Shown piece after piece: positions 1 to 8,307 of a stretch of 58,872 nt of DNA (position 1 is the stretch's first letter; each line of letters opens with the position of its first letter). The stretch comes from a virus. Taxonomy: Duplodnaviria; Caudoviricetes. The notes below the pieces were generated by a model, which was given only the letters and a program-made list of their open reading frames with translations, searched no databases and was not told the DNA's origin. The position numbers and the translations under genes are program-made. The stretch lies in the IMG/VR virus record IMGVR_UViG_3300033997_000206, positions 1-58,872 of that record; one strand, given 5' to 3'.

Positions 1-79
1 GGGAAGTTTTCACGTTGAGGCTCACTAAATGTTGGTATGTCGTTGGCTGTGCAAGGGTTTCCCCCAAAAACCGTTGCAT

Positions 80-149
80 TCTGGAGTATGGCCGAACGGC
101 TGTCGAATGCCTTATATCCAAAGGGCGTAACGTGAACGAAATTTAATCC
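80..149 (+). repeat. Left att site (copy of the 70-bp direct repeat)
   Basis: TCTGGAGTATGG-C-CGAACGGCTGTCGAATGCCTTATATCCAAAGGGCG-T-AACGTGAA-CG-AAATTTAATCC matches 58733-58802 with 4 mismatches; 93-127 is identical. Confidence 0.93.
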
Positions 150-1336
150 TGTACCAATTCCGTACCAATTACTGCCAATTCCAGCTTGGCAAGTTCTGAC
201 CAGTCGTTGGCTGAATTCAACCACTTGGCGTAGGTGGTGAGCAGCACCTGAACGGAGTGGCCAAGCTGCCCGGCAATGAACGCTGGGTTCATCCCTGACA
301 TGAGGCACATCGTGGCATATGTGTGCCTGCAGTTGTACTGTGGCCTCGCTCTGATCGAGGTTGCCTCGATCGCTTCGTTGAAGTGCCCGCCAGGCGTGCT
401 TGATCCTTTCATGTGGGGCGACCTTCCGGCCGGCTGGAAGACGAATGGAGATTCTGCTGAGACCCGTCTGCCGTTGCGCTTCCTGGCGTCGGCGATCTGC
501 CTTGCTCGTTCGAGGGCTCCCAGGGCCCGGCTGTTGAGCATGATCGTTCTGGTGTACTTGGTCTTCGTCCGCTCCACCACTTGGTTCTCTACGACGATCC
601 GGCATACGTGGGCCGTCTTCTTATCGAAATCGATCTCGTCCCAGCGCAGTGCCATGATCTCACCGGTGCGCATCCCGGTGTAGAAGGCGAACTCATAGAA
701 GGCTGCGAACACCTGGTTACACCGCGAAAAGTTCTTGTACATCCACTTGATCAAGTCCTCCGCTTCTTCCACGGTGAATGGATCGACCTGCTTCTTGATC
801 TTCTGCGGAAGCTGGATCGATGCCGCAGGGTTCCTGTCTACCACCTCGTCATACACCGCTGCGCGGAACATTGCCTTGACCCGGGCGATGGCAGCGCGTT
901 TGACTGTCGAGCTCTTCCACTCGGTCCTTGCGACCACCTCCCTCAGCACCATTGGCGTTACCGCCTTGATCGGCAGTGTCGCCAGGTGGGGCATCCAGTA
1001 GTTGTTCATCAATCCCTTGTAGTTGACTCGAGTGTCGTGCACCACCTCCAGGCTGTTCAGCCAGCTCTGCGCATATTCGCCGAACATCAGTTCGTTGGCT
1101 GGCGCCGTGTAGCTTGAGGCTGGGAACAGCTCGGCGTACCTTTTTTCGTCCAGCACGCCATGCCTGGCCAGGCTGACTACTTGAGCGCGTAGATCGGCTG
1201 CCGCCTTGATCCCCTTGACGGTTTGGGGATATGCGAGCGTTTCGGATCGACGCTCACCGTTCCAAGTAAAACGGATCCGGATTGACTTGCCGATGAACTC
1301 GACTCCAGTGGGTAGCCCCAGCTTCCTTCCAGCCAC
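143..1336 (-). CDS. int: Tyrosine integrase
   Basis: TGMRTGE (catalytic R), RHTYAT (HxxR variant), QLGH, TYAKW (catalytic Y); N-terminal arm-binding domain; start uncertain (GTG 1336 or upstream 1387). Confidence 0.95.
   Translation of the reverse strand: MAGRKLGLPTGVEFIGKSIRIRFTWNGERRSETLAYPQTVKGIKAAADLRAQVVSLARHGVLDEKRYAELFPASSYTAPANELMFGEYAQSWLNSLEVVHDTRVNYKGLMNNYWMPHLATLPIKAVTPMVLREVVARTEWKSSTVKRAAIARVKAMFRAAVYDEVVDRNPAASIQLPQKIKKQVDPFTVEEAEDLIKWMYKNFSRCNQVFAAFYEFAFYTGMRTGEIMALRWDEIDFDKKTAHVCRIVVENQVVERTKTKYTRTIMLNSRALGALERARQIADARKRNGRRVSAESPFVFQPAGRSPHMKGSSTPGGHFNEAIEATSIRARPQYNCRHTYATMCLMSGMNPAFIAGQLGHSVQVLLTTYAKWLNSANDWSELAKLELAVIGTELVQD
151..170 (+). promoter_or_regulatory. Putative integrase arm-type binding sites
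   Basis: Tandem GTACCAATT at 151-159 and 162-170; a related tandem pair lies at 58610-58630. Confidence 0.7.
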
Positions 1337-1533
1337 GCTTCGTATCTCCTGATGCTGTAAAAAATCCGGCCGTCGATCTTCTTCCAAACCCCCTCAGGAA
1401 TCACGCCGCGGCTGCGCTTTCCTTCCAAGGCGCGCTTGGTCGTCCCGATCAGCTCGGCCATTTTTTCCTCCGGGACCTTGTCGGATACATAGGCCACCGG
1501 CTGGCGTTCTTCGTCTTGCATGTTGGTCTCCAC
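1177..1533 (-). CDS. xis: Excisionase-like winged-HTH protein
   Basis: EEKMAELIGTTKRALEGKRSRG..EGVWKKIDGRIFYS pattern; immediately upstream of and overlapping int; likely start 1521. Confidence 0.75.
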   Translation of the reverse strand: METNMQDEERQPVAYVSDKVPEEKMAELIGTTKRALEGKRSRGVIPEGVWKKIDGRIFYSIRRYEAWLEGSWGYPLESSSSASQSGSVLLGTVSVDPKRSHIPKPSRGSRRQPIYALK

Positions 1534-1558
1534 GCCGCCGGTGGCGGCAGGTTGGTGG

Positions 1559-1906
1559 TCAGGTCGTGGCCGCTGCGATGGTCTGCTCGAATCGCGAGGC
1601 CAGCTCGGCGTTGACCTCGGCCTTGGCCAGGCTGTTGGCGGTGCCCTTGGCCCGGTGCAGAGTCTCGTACTTGCGCAGTTGGGCGGCAGCGTCGACCAGG
1701 TCGTCCAGCAGGCGCGGTGCCGCGGCGATCAGCTGGGCGTTTGCCATTTGCGCCCGTGGCGAGTTGCCGAGCACCAGATTGCCTGCGCTCACTGCATTCG
1801 TTACATCTGCAATTCCGAACCGACCTGCGCAGATCGATATCGAGCCGGTGTTTTGGACGACCCCTTCAATGTGCCAGGGGCCTGGCGTGTGATTGTGTTT
1901 CGTCAT
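1559..1906 (-). CDS. Phage early hypothetical protein (HTPGPW...ANAxLIAAAP family)
   Basis: Typical phage motif HTPGPW / ANAQLIAAAP; GGAG RBS before ATG 1906. Confidence 0.75.
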   Translation of the reverse strand: MTKHNHTPGPWHIEGVVQNTGSISICAGRFGIADVTNAVSAGNLVLGNSPRAQMANAQLIAAAPRLLDDLVDAAAQLRKYETLHRAKGTANSLAKAEVNAELASRFEQTIAAATT

Positions 1907-1958
1907 GGCAATAGCTCTCCATGCCCGTTGTTGGCGGGCCTGAGTAGTTGGGGGAGGG

Positions 1959-2282
1959 TTAGGCGGCTTGTTTACGCTTGGGAGGTGACGGTGGATAGCC
2001 GAAATGCATCCGGACACGGCCGGTGTATCCGCATTCTCGGCAGCCGGCCGGCGGGTGGGCGTTGTAGCCATAGCTGCAGCTCGAGCAGTCGCAGCTGCAG
2101 CCTGAGCATTCCATCGAGCACACTCCAAGCACCTCGACCTCGCCCTCCCTGTTGATGGAGTAGTTTTGGCGGCGGTCCAGACGGAACCCGGTGATCTTCT
2201 CGGCCTCCTCGTAGGTTGCCGGGACTATGCGGAAGCCCCACTCGGTAGAGGGATCGGCAACTGTGCGGGTCACCTTCCTCAT
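1959..2282 (-). CDS. Cys-rich hypothetical protein (possible Zn-binding)
   Basis: CSGCSCDCSSC...GCRECGYTG; ATGA-coupled to the upstream micro-ORF. Confidence 0.7.
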   Translation of the reverse strand: MRKVTRTVADPSTEWGFRIVPATYEEAEKITGFRLDRRQNYSINREGEVEVLGVCSMECSGCSCDCSSCSYGYNAHPPAGCRECGYTGRVRMHFGYPPSPPKRKQAA

Positions 2283-2329
2283 CGCGGCGCCTTCCAGATC
2301 AGGTAGGCCATGTAGGCGAGGGCGATCAT
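2279..2329 (-). CDS. 16-aa hydrophobic micro-ORF (MIALAYMAYLIWKAPR)
   Basis: ATGA overlaps at both ends; GAAGGAGG RBS upstream. Confidence 0.45.
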   Translation of the reverse strand: MIALAYMAYLIWKAPR

Positions 2330-2406
2330 TTGCGTTCCTCCTTCGGTGGATGAACCGGGCACGGCCAGCGCAGTGAGCCGTCGCCGGATGGGCAGGTGCA
2401 GGTCAT
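2326..2406 (-). CDS. 26-aa micro-ORF (MTCTCPSGDGSLRWPCPVHPPKEERK)
   Basis: ATGA overlaps at both ends; CxC...CxxH pattern. Confidence 0.5.
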   Translation of the reverse strand: MTCTCPSGDGSLRWPCPVHPPKEERK

Positions 2407-2672
2407 GGAGCCACCTTCAGGCCCTGGGCCTCGATGGCTTCTCGAATCGCGTGATCGCGGATGCAGTTGCCGCCTGGCACAGCCGGGGCCGGCAGCTCCA
2501 CCACCACAGCCTCTCGGGAGGCTTGCCAGGCCCACCAGCACATGCTCACCAACGGCGGATTGGCAGCCAGAGTATGAGCTGCGATCTCTCGCGAACCCTT
2601 CCCCAGAACCCTGACGTACTCCTCGACAAATTGAGCCTCGAACTGCTCGCGCATCTTTTCTGCTTTCGTCAC
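2403..2672 (-). CDS. Phage hypothetical protein
   Basis: MREQFEA...WWAWQASREAVVVELP motif common in phage early ORFs; coupled to neighbours. Confidence 0.75.
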   Translation of the reverse strand: MTKAEKMREQFEAQFVEEYVRVLGKGSREIAAHTLAANPPLVSMCWWAWQASREAVVVELPAPAVPGGNCIRDHAIREAIEAQGLKVAP

Positions 2673-3046
2673 AGCTGATACCTCTCATCATTCCATGCCG
2701 CCGGCGCGGCAGCAGGTGTAGGTTCTGGTTGGGTTTCGTGCGGGGAGAGCTGGCGCTCATTGCCGGCCTGGATACGTGGCCTCAGCATCCACTCAGGCAG
2801 GCAGGACAACGTGCTTCCACCGGCCGACCAACAGAGGACGCCATTGGCTGAGTCGCGATAGACGTTTAGTGTCGTGGTCAGCGTGCGAATGTCCGAGCCT
2901 GGGAAGTGGCGGGTCATCTTCTCTCTGTTGGCCTGAACGCGCGCCTGCTCGCGCTCGGCCTGGCACTGGGCTGGATCGCTACTCCAGCAGTCGGGCTGGC
3001 ATCCGGTCAGTGTGGCCAGCAGCAGGCAGAGGGCGAGGCGGGTCAT
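2669..3046 (-). CDS. Putative lipoprotein
   Basis: Signal peptide with LTGC lipobox; ATGA/GTGA coupling. Confidence 0.7.
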   Translation of the reverse strand: MTRLALCLLLATLTGCQPDCWSSDPAQCQAEREQARVQANREKMTRHFPGSDIRTLTTTLNVYRDSANGVLCWSAGGSTLSCLPEWMLRPRIQAGNERQLSPHETQPEPTPAAAPAAWNDERYQL

Positions 3047-3482
3047 GGCTTAAGCGCCTCCATGCCAAGGTCGATCGCGCGGTCTAGCGCGTCGTTCGCA
3101 AGAATGTCCTCATGCTCGGCGTAACCGCAGATTATTGGGGGCATGTTGTACTCGCTGCCCAGGTCCTCCTGTCCGTCCGGGTCGCGTAACCAGCGGTACC
3201 GCTCTGCGTCAGCCCGGAGGGCGCGGACCTCTGCAATCAGGGACAGCACAACTTCAGGGTTGGCGCTGGTGATGAATTCGGCGTCTGGGTTCTGTGGGAT
3301 GCCGCAAAGGCCTGTTCCCCACCAGCAGACCACCTGGCCGTCTGCGGTGTCGACTCCAGGGTTGGTGGAACGATCTGAGCTACCAAACTCCATGCCGTCG
3401 GAGTGAACACCCACGGGCCTGGACTGGCTGCACGGGCTCTCTGCTCAAGGCTTTCAAGGTCGATACGCTTTTCTTCAGGCAC
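3043..3482 (-). pseudogene. Ead/Ea22-like protein split by a 1-nt frameshift near 3411
   Basis: N-part IDLESLEQRARAASPGPW (3482 frame) and C-part DAEFITSANPEVVLSLIAEV...DAERYRWLRD (3414 frame) are the two halves of one family signature. Confidence 0.65.
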
Positions 3483-3658
3483 GGGGATTCCTTGGCCGCC
3501 ATATCGCGGCAGTGAATAGAGGGGAGAGGGTTTACAGCTGAAAGAGTACGGATGTACTCCTCAGGAAAAGATGTCAAACAATGGATCGAACCGGCGTTAT
3601 TGATGTCAGACTGATGTCCCCCTTGAGAGGACTCTGTTGCAAAATTGCGAGACCTGAG

Positions 3659-3940
3659 ATGCCTAAGTCAGATGAGCGATACATCGCCTACCAACTACTT
3701 CGTGAGCTAGACGCAATCACCTCCTCCATCATGGCCCAGGTAGCCTACGGTCGGTTCGGAAACCCCGCCTGGCTGGCCGCTCAGGTGGCACATCGTGAAG
3801 CCTTCGAAAAATGGATGCTTCATGCTGCGACCCTCAGCCCCCCCGCGAGCGGTTTGGTTTCATCCGATGGGACGTTTGCCGGGGAGGTCCTCGCTACTCC
3901 TTTGAATCCGCTTGGCCTTGACACAGATCAACCACCCTAA
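3659..3940 (+). CDS. Hypothetical protein (opposite-strand moron)
   Basis: ORF in an AT-richer insert; start uncertain (3581/3614/3659). Confidence 0.55.
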   Translation: MPKSDERYIAYQLLRELDAITSSIMAQVAYGRFGNPAWLAAQVAHREAFEKWMLHAATLSPPASGLVSSDGTFAGEVLATPLNPLGLDTDQPP

Positions 3941-4049
3941 ATTTTGCAACGCCGGCTATCGGTATGTTGTTATTTTGGCGCCAATTAAAATTGCGTCTCT
4001 CGAATTGATGGGATAAGTATTTACGAGATTAACGACATGGACGATTGAG

Positions 4050-4352
4050 ATGATCAGGCGAAGAGGCGATTGTTTTTGGGCATGGGGAAACGCAAGCGTA
4101 CACAACAGGAGCCATTGCGAGACGCTTGCAGATGGCTCCCAAATTGATGTGCAGGTCCGGCTTTCGCCTGTCGGTGCTACGCAACTGTTCATTGGGGTTT
4201 ATGCGCCTGATGGAGAATTGGTACACGAGGAGTCATTCGACAGCCGTCCTGGCGAGACCATGACCCGCGCCATGGCTTTGGGTGTCGGAAGAGCTAGGGC
4301 TTTCGCCGCTTCCCGCTCCGGGACCGCTGGCCGGTTCGCAGCTTCGAAGTGA
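4050..4352 (+). CDS. Hypothetical protein, paralogue of 38654-38947
   Basis: Shares RGDxFWxW...VRLS..G.TQLF.GVY...HEE.FDSRPGETMTRA with the second copy. Confidence 0.8.
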   Translation: MIRRRGDCFWAWGNASVHNRSHCETLADGSQIDVQVRLSPVGATQLFIGVYAPDGELVHEESFDSRPGETMTRAMALGVGRARAFAASRSGTAGRFAASK

Positions 4353-4372
4353 AGTAATATTGCAATCTGTGG

Positions 4373-5014
4373 TCAGGCAGGATTAGCCAGCTTGTACTGC
4401 TCGGCCACTTCGTCGCATCGGCAGTCCACGACATTGGTCTCGCCGATCGACTCGCAATGGCAGATTGCATCGGTCAGTTTCTCGAACAAGAATTCGTCCA
4501 TATAACCGGCCACCTCTTCCCGAGATAAGGCGACGGTGTGGCGCTCGCCATCTGCATGCACGTACTCGAAGGTCATTCGCTGCAGCTCAACTGGCGCGCT
4601 CGGTGCTGCGCTGCCCTTGAGCACATCGAGAATGTCGCGGACATAGCCCGTGGCCACGCTCTGCTGGATACCAGCGCATTCAACCATCCGTTGCACGAAG
4701 TCGGTGGCCGTTCTCAGTCGCTCAGCCACGACGGGGTCGACCATCGCGCCCAGTCCAATAATCGGCAGCCCAGTCGCCGCTGAATCCCTCTCTGCCTCTT
4801 CTTTGGTCCACCAGAAGGCGGTACCAACCGTCCAGGCTATAGGCTCGGCGTGGGGCTGCGGGGCTGGCTGGTAGGTGAGCTTACGCAGTTCGGCGGGGAG
4901 GTTGGACCAGGCTCCGGCGGCGACCGCGCCTGTTCCGTTCGCCAGCAGGTCTTCGATGGCCGATGCGGCCTGGCTGATCAGTTCGGTGTTGCTGGATCGG
5001 TTTTCTGTGGGCAT
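4373..5014 (-). CDS. Phage hypothetical protein
   Basis: MPTENRSSNT start with GAGG RBS; in the early operon orientation. Confidence 0.7.
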   Translation of the reverse strand: MPTENRSSNTELISQAASAIEDLLANGTGAVAAGAWSNLPAELRKLTYQPAPQPHAEPIAWTVGTAFWWTKEEAERDSAATGLPIIGLGAMVDPVVAERLRTATDFVQRMVECAGIQQSVATGYVRDILDVLKGSAAPSAPVELQRMTFEYVHADGERHTVALSREEVAGYMDEFLFEKLTDAICHCESIGETNVVDCRCDEVAEQYKLANPA

Positions 5015-5086
5015 GGGGATACCTCGCGGGTATATTTGCATCGCGCTAGCGACCTTGCCGGCGCTAATTAAATACAAGGAGGGGTT

Positions 5087-5368
5087 ATGACTGATCAGAA
5101 GGACTTTGCAGCGCTGGGCAAATATGTAGATGCCAAGGAGCGCGCATCAGGTCTTGAGAGCGAGCGGCACAATTTGGCTGGTGATATTGGGCGGCAGCTT
5201 AAGGAAGCAGTCACAGGTAGCAGCGACTACATCCGCCGTTTTGATCATATAAAGTTGGTTGAAAGCGCCAAGCAGCTTCAAGAGATTAATGAGCGGTTAG
5301 AGGATGCAATTGCCGAGGTCAATCGCTATGCCGAAGCTGCTGAAAAGCCGGTGATTTCTCGACGCTAA
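5087..5368 (+). CDS. Coiled-coil hypothetical protein (opposite-strand moron)
   Basis: Strong AAGGAGG RBS; AT-richer codon use than its flanks. Confidence 0.75.
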   Translation: MTDQKDFAALGKYVDAKERASGLESERHNLAGDIGRQLKEAVTGSSDYIRRFDHIKLVESAKQLQEINERLEDAIAEVNRYAEAAEKPVISRR

Positions 5369-5373
5369 CAATC

Positions 5374-6297
5374 TCAGGCTGCTTTCATCAAGGCCTCTAT
5401 GACGCGCTGCCCGGCCAGCGGTGGCACGGCGTTTCCGGCCATGTGCATGGTCAGCCGATGGTTATCCGGGCGCAGGGTGTCGGCCGGGAACGACATCGCG
5501 GCCAGGGCCTCGTTGGCGCTGAGCATTCGCATGCGGTCGCCGTCGACCAGTGCCCAGCGGTCCAGGGTAGTGATGGTGCCGATCGGCCGGTTGATGTCGC
5601 GGCCGGTGGTGCCGGAGCCGTTGCCGTAGTAGGGCATGATGAACCGGTCGCCGAAGCGCTGTCGTCCGTTGCGCACGCGGTTGAGGGTGGCCTGGGCCCG
5701 GCCAGGTTTCTCGATCTGTGACCAGCGCCCGGCGTCGAAGTCGAGGAAGGTGCTGGCCGGCACATGCTGCTCCTGTGGCAGTTGCAGCATCAGGGGCGCC
5801 TTGCTGCGGGTCAGCACCATGAACAGGCGCACCCGGTGTTGCGGCACGCCGAGGTCGGCGCAGTCCACGATGTGCGGCGCAGCCTGATACCCGAGCGCCT
5901 GTACAGCCTGCAGCCAGGCAGGGTAGAGCACCCAGTCGGCGAACTCCGGTACGTTCTCGATCACTGCTGCCTGTGGGCGGTGGAATTCAAGGGCCGCTAC
6001 CGGCGCCCATGCTGTGGATCTTGACGCATCGTGCTGAGGGTTACCGGACTTTTTCCCGCGAGCTTTTGTGTGGCCTTGGCAGCATGGCGAAGCCAGCATG
6101 ATGTCGTGCGCCGGCACCAGCTCCCAGTTGGCCTGATGCAGGTCTTGGCATTTGTGCTGAGTTTCCGGGTGGTTGGCTTCATGCCAGTCAACGGCGACTT
6201 GCCAGTGGTTTGCTGCCCAGAGAACCTGGACGCCTGCGGCGCGCGCGCCGGTGCTCCATCCGCCGAAGCCGGCGAACAGGTCGATTGCTGTGGTCAT
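5374..6297 (-). CDS. DNA (cytosine-5) methyltransferase
   Basis: Motif I DLFAGFGG, motif IV SPCCQG, VI ENVPEF, VIII QHRVR, X GNAVPP. Confidence 0.95.
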   Translation of the reverse strand: MTTAIDLFAGFGGWSTGARAAGVQVLWAANHWQVAVDWHEANHPETQHKCQDLHQANWELVPAHDIMLASPCCQGHTKARGKKSGNPQHDASRSTAWAPVAALEFHRPQAAVIENVPEFADWVLYPAWLQAVQALGYQAAPHIVDCADLGVPQHRVRLFMVLTRSKAPLMLQLPQEQHVPASTFLDFDAGRWSQIEKPGRAQATLNRVRNGRQRFGDRFIMPYYGNGSGTTGRDINRPIGTITTLDRWALVDGDRMRMLSANEALAAMSFPADTLRPDNHRLTMHMAGNAVPPLAGQRVIEALMKAA

Positions 6298-6300
6298 GGT

Positions 6301-7251
6301 TTACTCGCAGAGGCCATAGGCCGAAGAGCATTTCTGCTTGCTGTCGGTGCGGGCTATCAGGTCGACCATGTCGAACTGGCGGCCACCACGTGATGTGTTC
6401 GCCCAGTCCACCATGCGGTCTATGCCGTGGGTTTGTGCGCTGACCTTGTCGTCTGATCGGACGGTGGGGTCGGTGACGGTGGCGAAGAATGTGGCCGCGC
6501 CACGCTTGCTGGCGATGCTCACGAGACGCTCCCACTCACGCACCCTTGCCACTTCCTCCGGCCACCTGGTGGCGATCTCGCGCAACTCGTCCTTCGCGCA
6601 CATGATGCAGGGCATGCACCCAACGCGGTTGCAGCCCTGCAGGTAAAGTGGGTTGGGCTTGATGCCTGCAACCCGGTGCGCTTCGAAGACTGCCTGGACC
6701 GGCCACTTGAGTATTGGGCGGTAATTGAACAGGCCACCGCCGACCTCGTCGCACTCGGGCAGGTAGCGGCGATTCAGAGACTCATCGGCCCGGACGCCTT
6801 GCCAAGAGAGAACCAGGTTCTCCCCAGTCATAAGCGGCATGAAGACGTCCTCGATGATCGGGTTCCGCTTCAGCTCGTCCGTGCAGAATCGGGCCTTGGT
6901 GCTGGGGAACCGACCTTTCCAGAGGCACATGTCTAGGAACGGGTTGCCCGTGGGGTGCAGCACTTCCAGGGCGGCCAGTACCACCGCCTCCGGCACTCCT
7001 TTCTCGCGCCACTTCGTTTCGATGAACTTGCGCTTGCCAGCGATCTGCCTGGCAAAGTCGGCCTTCACCCAGCGGATCGGCACCCCCACAGCCTCCGCCA
7101 AGTACTGCACGTAGTCATAGGTGGCCGGGTGTTCGTGCCCGGTGTCCGCAAATACGGCGCTGAGGTTTGGCACCTCCAGCTCTCGGGCTACCAGCAGCGT
7201 GGCCGTACTGTCTTTGCCGCCGCTCATGCTGACGATGTTGTATTCGGCCAT
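6301..7251 (-). CDS. PAPS-reductase-family (PP-loop) protein
   Basis: SGGKDS PP-loop, ADTGHE, GVRADES..R, RVGCMPC, C-terminal CSSAYGLCE. Confidence 0.9.
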   Translation of the reverse strand: MAEYNIVSMSGGKDSTATLLVARELEVPNLSAVFADTGHEHPATYDYVQYLAEAVGVPIRWVKADFARQIAGKRKFIETKWREKGVPEAVVLAALEVLHPTGNPFLDMCLWKGRFPSTKARFCTDELKRNPIIEDVFMPLMTGENLVLSWQGVRADESLNRRYLPECDEVGGGLFNYRPILKWPVQAVFEAHRVAGIKPNPLYLQGCNRVGCMPCIMCAKDELREIATRWPEEVARVREWERLVSIASKRGAATFFATVTDPTVRSDDKVSAQTHGIDRMVDWANTSRGGRQFDMVDLIARTDSKQKCSSAYGLCE

Positions 7252-7369
7252 CGGGTGGTCCTTGCAGGCAGGCGCCGCCCTCGCCGGGTCGGCGTTATCG
7301 TTGAATAGGGGAAGGCGCTGGCGGGCAGCGCTGGTATGCTTCGCCGCTTACCAAACAGGGAGAGTGGTG

Positions 7370-7567
7370 ATGCGTTTGCGTGAGAGGCTTCGGGCGTTCC
7401 AGCTATGGTTCAACCCGAAGCGCAGGCGGTTGGCTGGCGTGACCCTGATCGCGCTTGGGGTTGTCGGTATGTTCCACAATCCGGAGAGCCGGTGGAGTTT
7501 GGTGCTTGGAACTGGGATCTACTGGTTCTGCACGGCCTTGCCACCCGTGCTTGGAGGAAAGCAGTGA
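7370..7567 (+). CDS. Small two-TM membrane protein (moron)
   Basis: GGGAG RBS; extended -10 TGGTATGCT at 7332-7340; two hydrophobic segments; flanked by 19-bp direct repeats. Confidence 0.6.
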   Translation: MRLRERLRAFQLWFNPKRRRLAGVTLIALGVVGMFHNPESRWSLVLGTGIYWFCTALPPVLGGKQ

Positions 7568-7592
7568 GACGCTGGCGAGCAGCGCCGGAGGG

Positions 7593-8210
7593 TCAGGCGG
7601 AGCTGAGGCGATCGAAGTCGTTGAGCGGCATCTTGGGCTTGGCGCGGAACTCCTTGAGTGCCGCCTTGTAGCTCGCCTTGGCTTCCTTCATGGTCGGAGC
7701 CCAGTCTCCGGCAACCTCGAGCGGCTCGTAGATAGACCAGCGTTCGAAGTCGTAGTGGCGCCGATACTGGCGGTACGAGCTGCCCCGGAGGTAGCGAACC
7801 ATGCGGTATTCCCACTTACCCCAGCTGCCGCGCTGCTGATACTGCGGCATGTTGATGCCGAGGAAATGAGCGAAGCCGTCGTAGCACTCGCACTCGTCCA
7901 GGTACTCGTCGAACCTGGTGCGCTTGGCCGGTGGAGGGGGCGGTGGCAGCTTGTCTAGGGCGAACTGCTTGCCCTTGTCCGTGGCGCGATACACCACCTC
8001 GTCATCGGAGCAGAAGGCCGGAGCCTTGCCGCAGGTCATCAGGCCGGCGGCCACCAGCACATCCAGGTTGTTCGAGTCGTCGTAGCCGGGACTGGTGAGG
8101 TAGTGGTTTCGGTTGATGCTGCGGCGGTCCGAGCGCTCAGCGCACAGGCCCAGGGTGTGCCAGAGCAGGCCGAGCTGCTTCTCGGTGGCTTCGATCATGG
8201 CTTTCTCCAT
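7593..8210 (-). CDS. Phage hypothetical protein
   Basis: LLWHTLG...RNHY...LVAAGLM...YRATDKG winged-helix-like N-terminus; start 8210 or 8198. Confidence 0.75.
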   Translation of the reverse strand: MEKAMIEATEKQLGLLWHTLGLCAERSDRRSINRNHYLTSPGYDDSNNLDVLVAAGLMTCGKAPAFCSDDEVVYRATDKGKQFALDKLPPPPPPAKRTRFDEYLDECECYDGFAHFLGINMPQYQQRGSWGKWEYRMVRYLRGSSYRQYRRHYDFERWSIYEPLEVAGDWAPTMKEAKASYKAALKEFRAKPKMPLNDFDRLSSA

Positions 8211-8307
8211 GCATGCGCCGCCCTCCGTGCTGGTGGTGGCGTGGTGGCAATTTGGTTTGGGATGGGGTATTAGGGGTGACCGGCACGGAGCCGGATTAGG
8301 AGATCGA

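Noticed and set aside
3975-3994. Sigma54 promoter reading of the TGGCGC motif (also at 38571)
   Set aside because: The GG-N10-GC spacing is not satisfied in either copy
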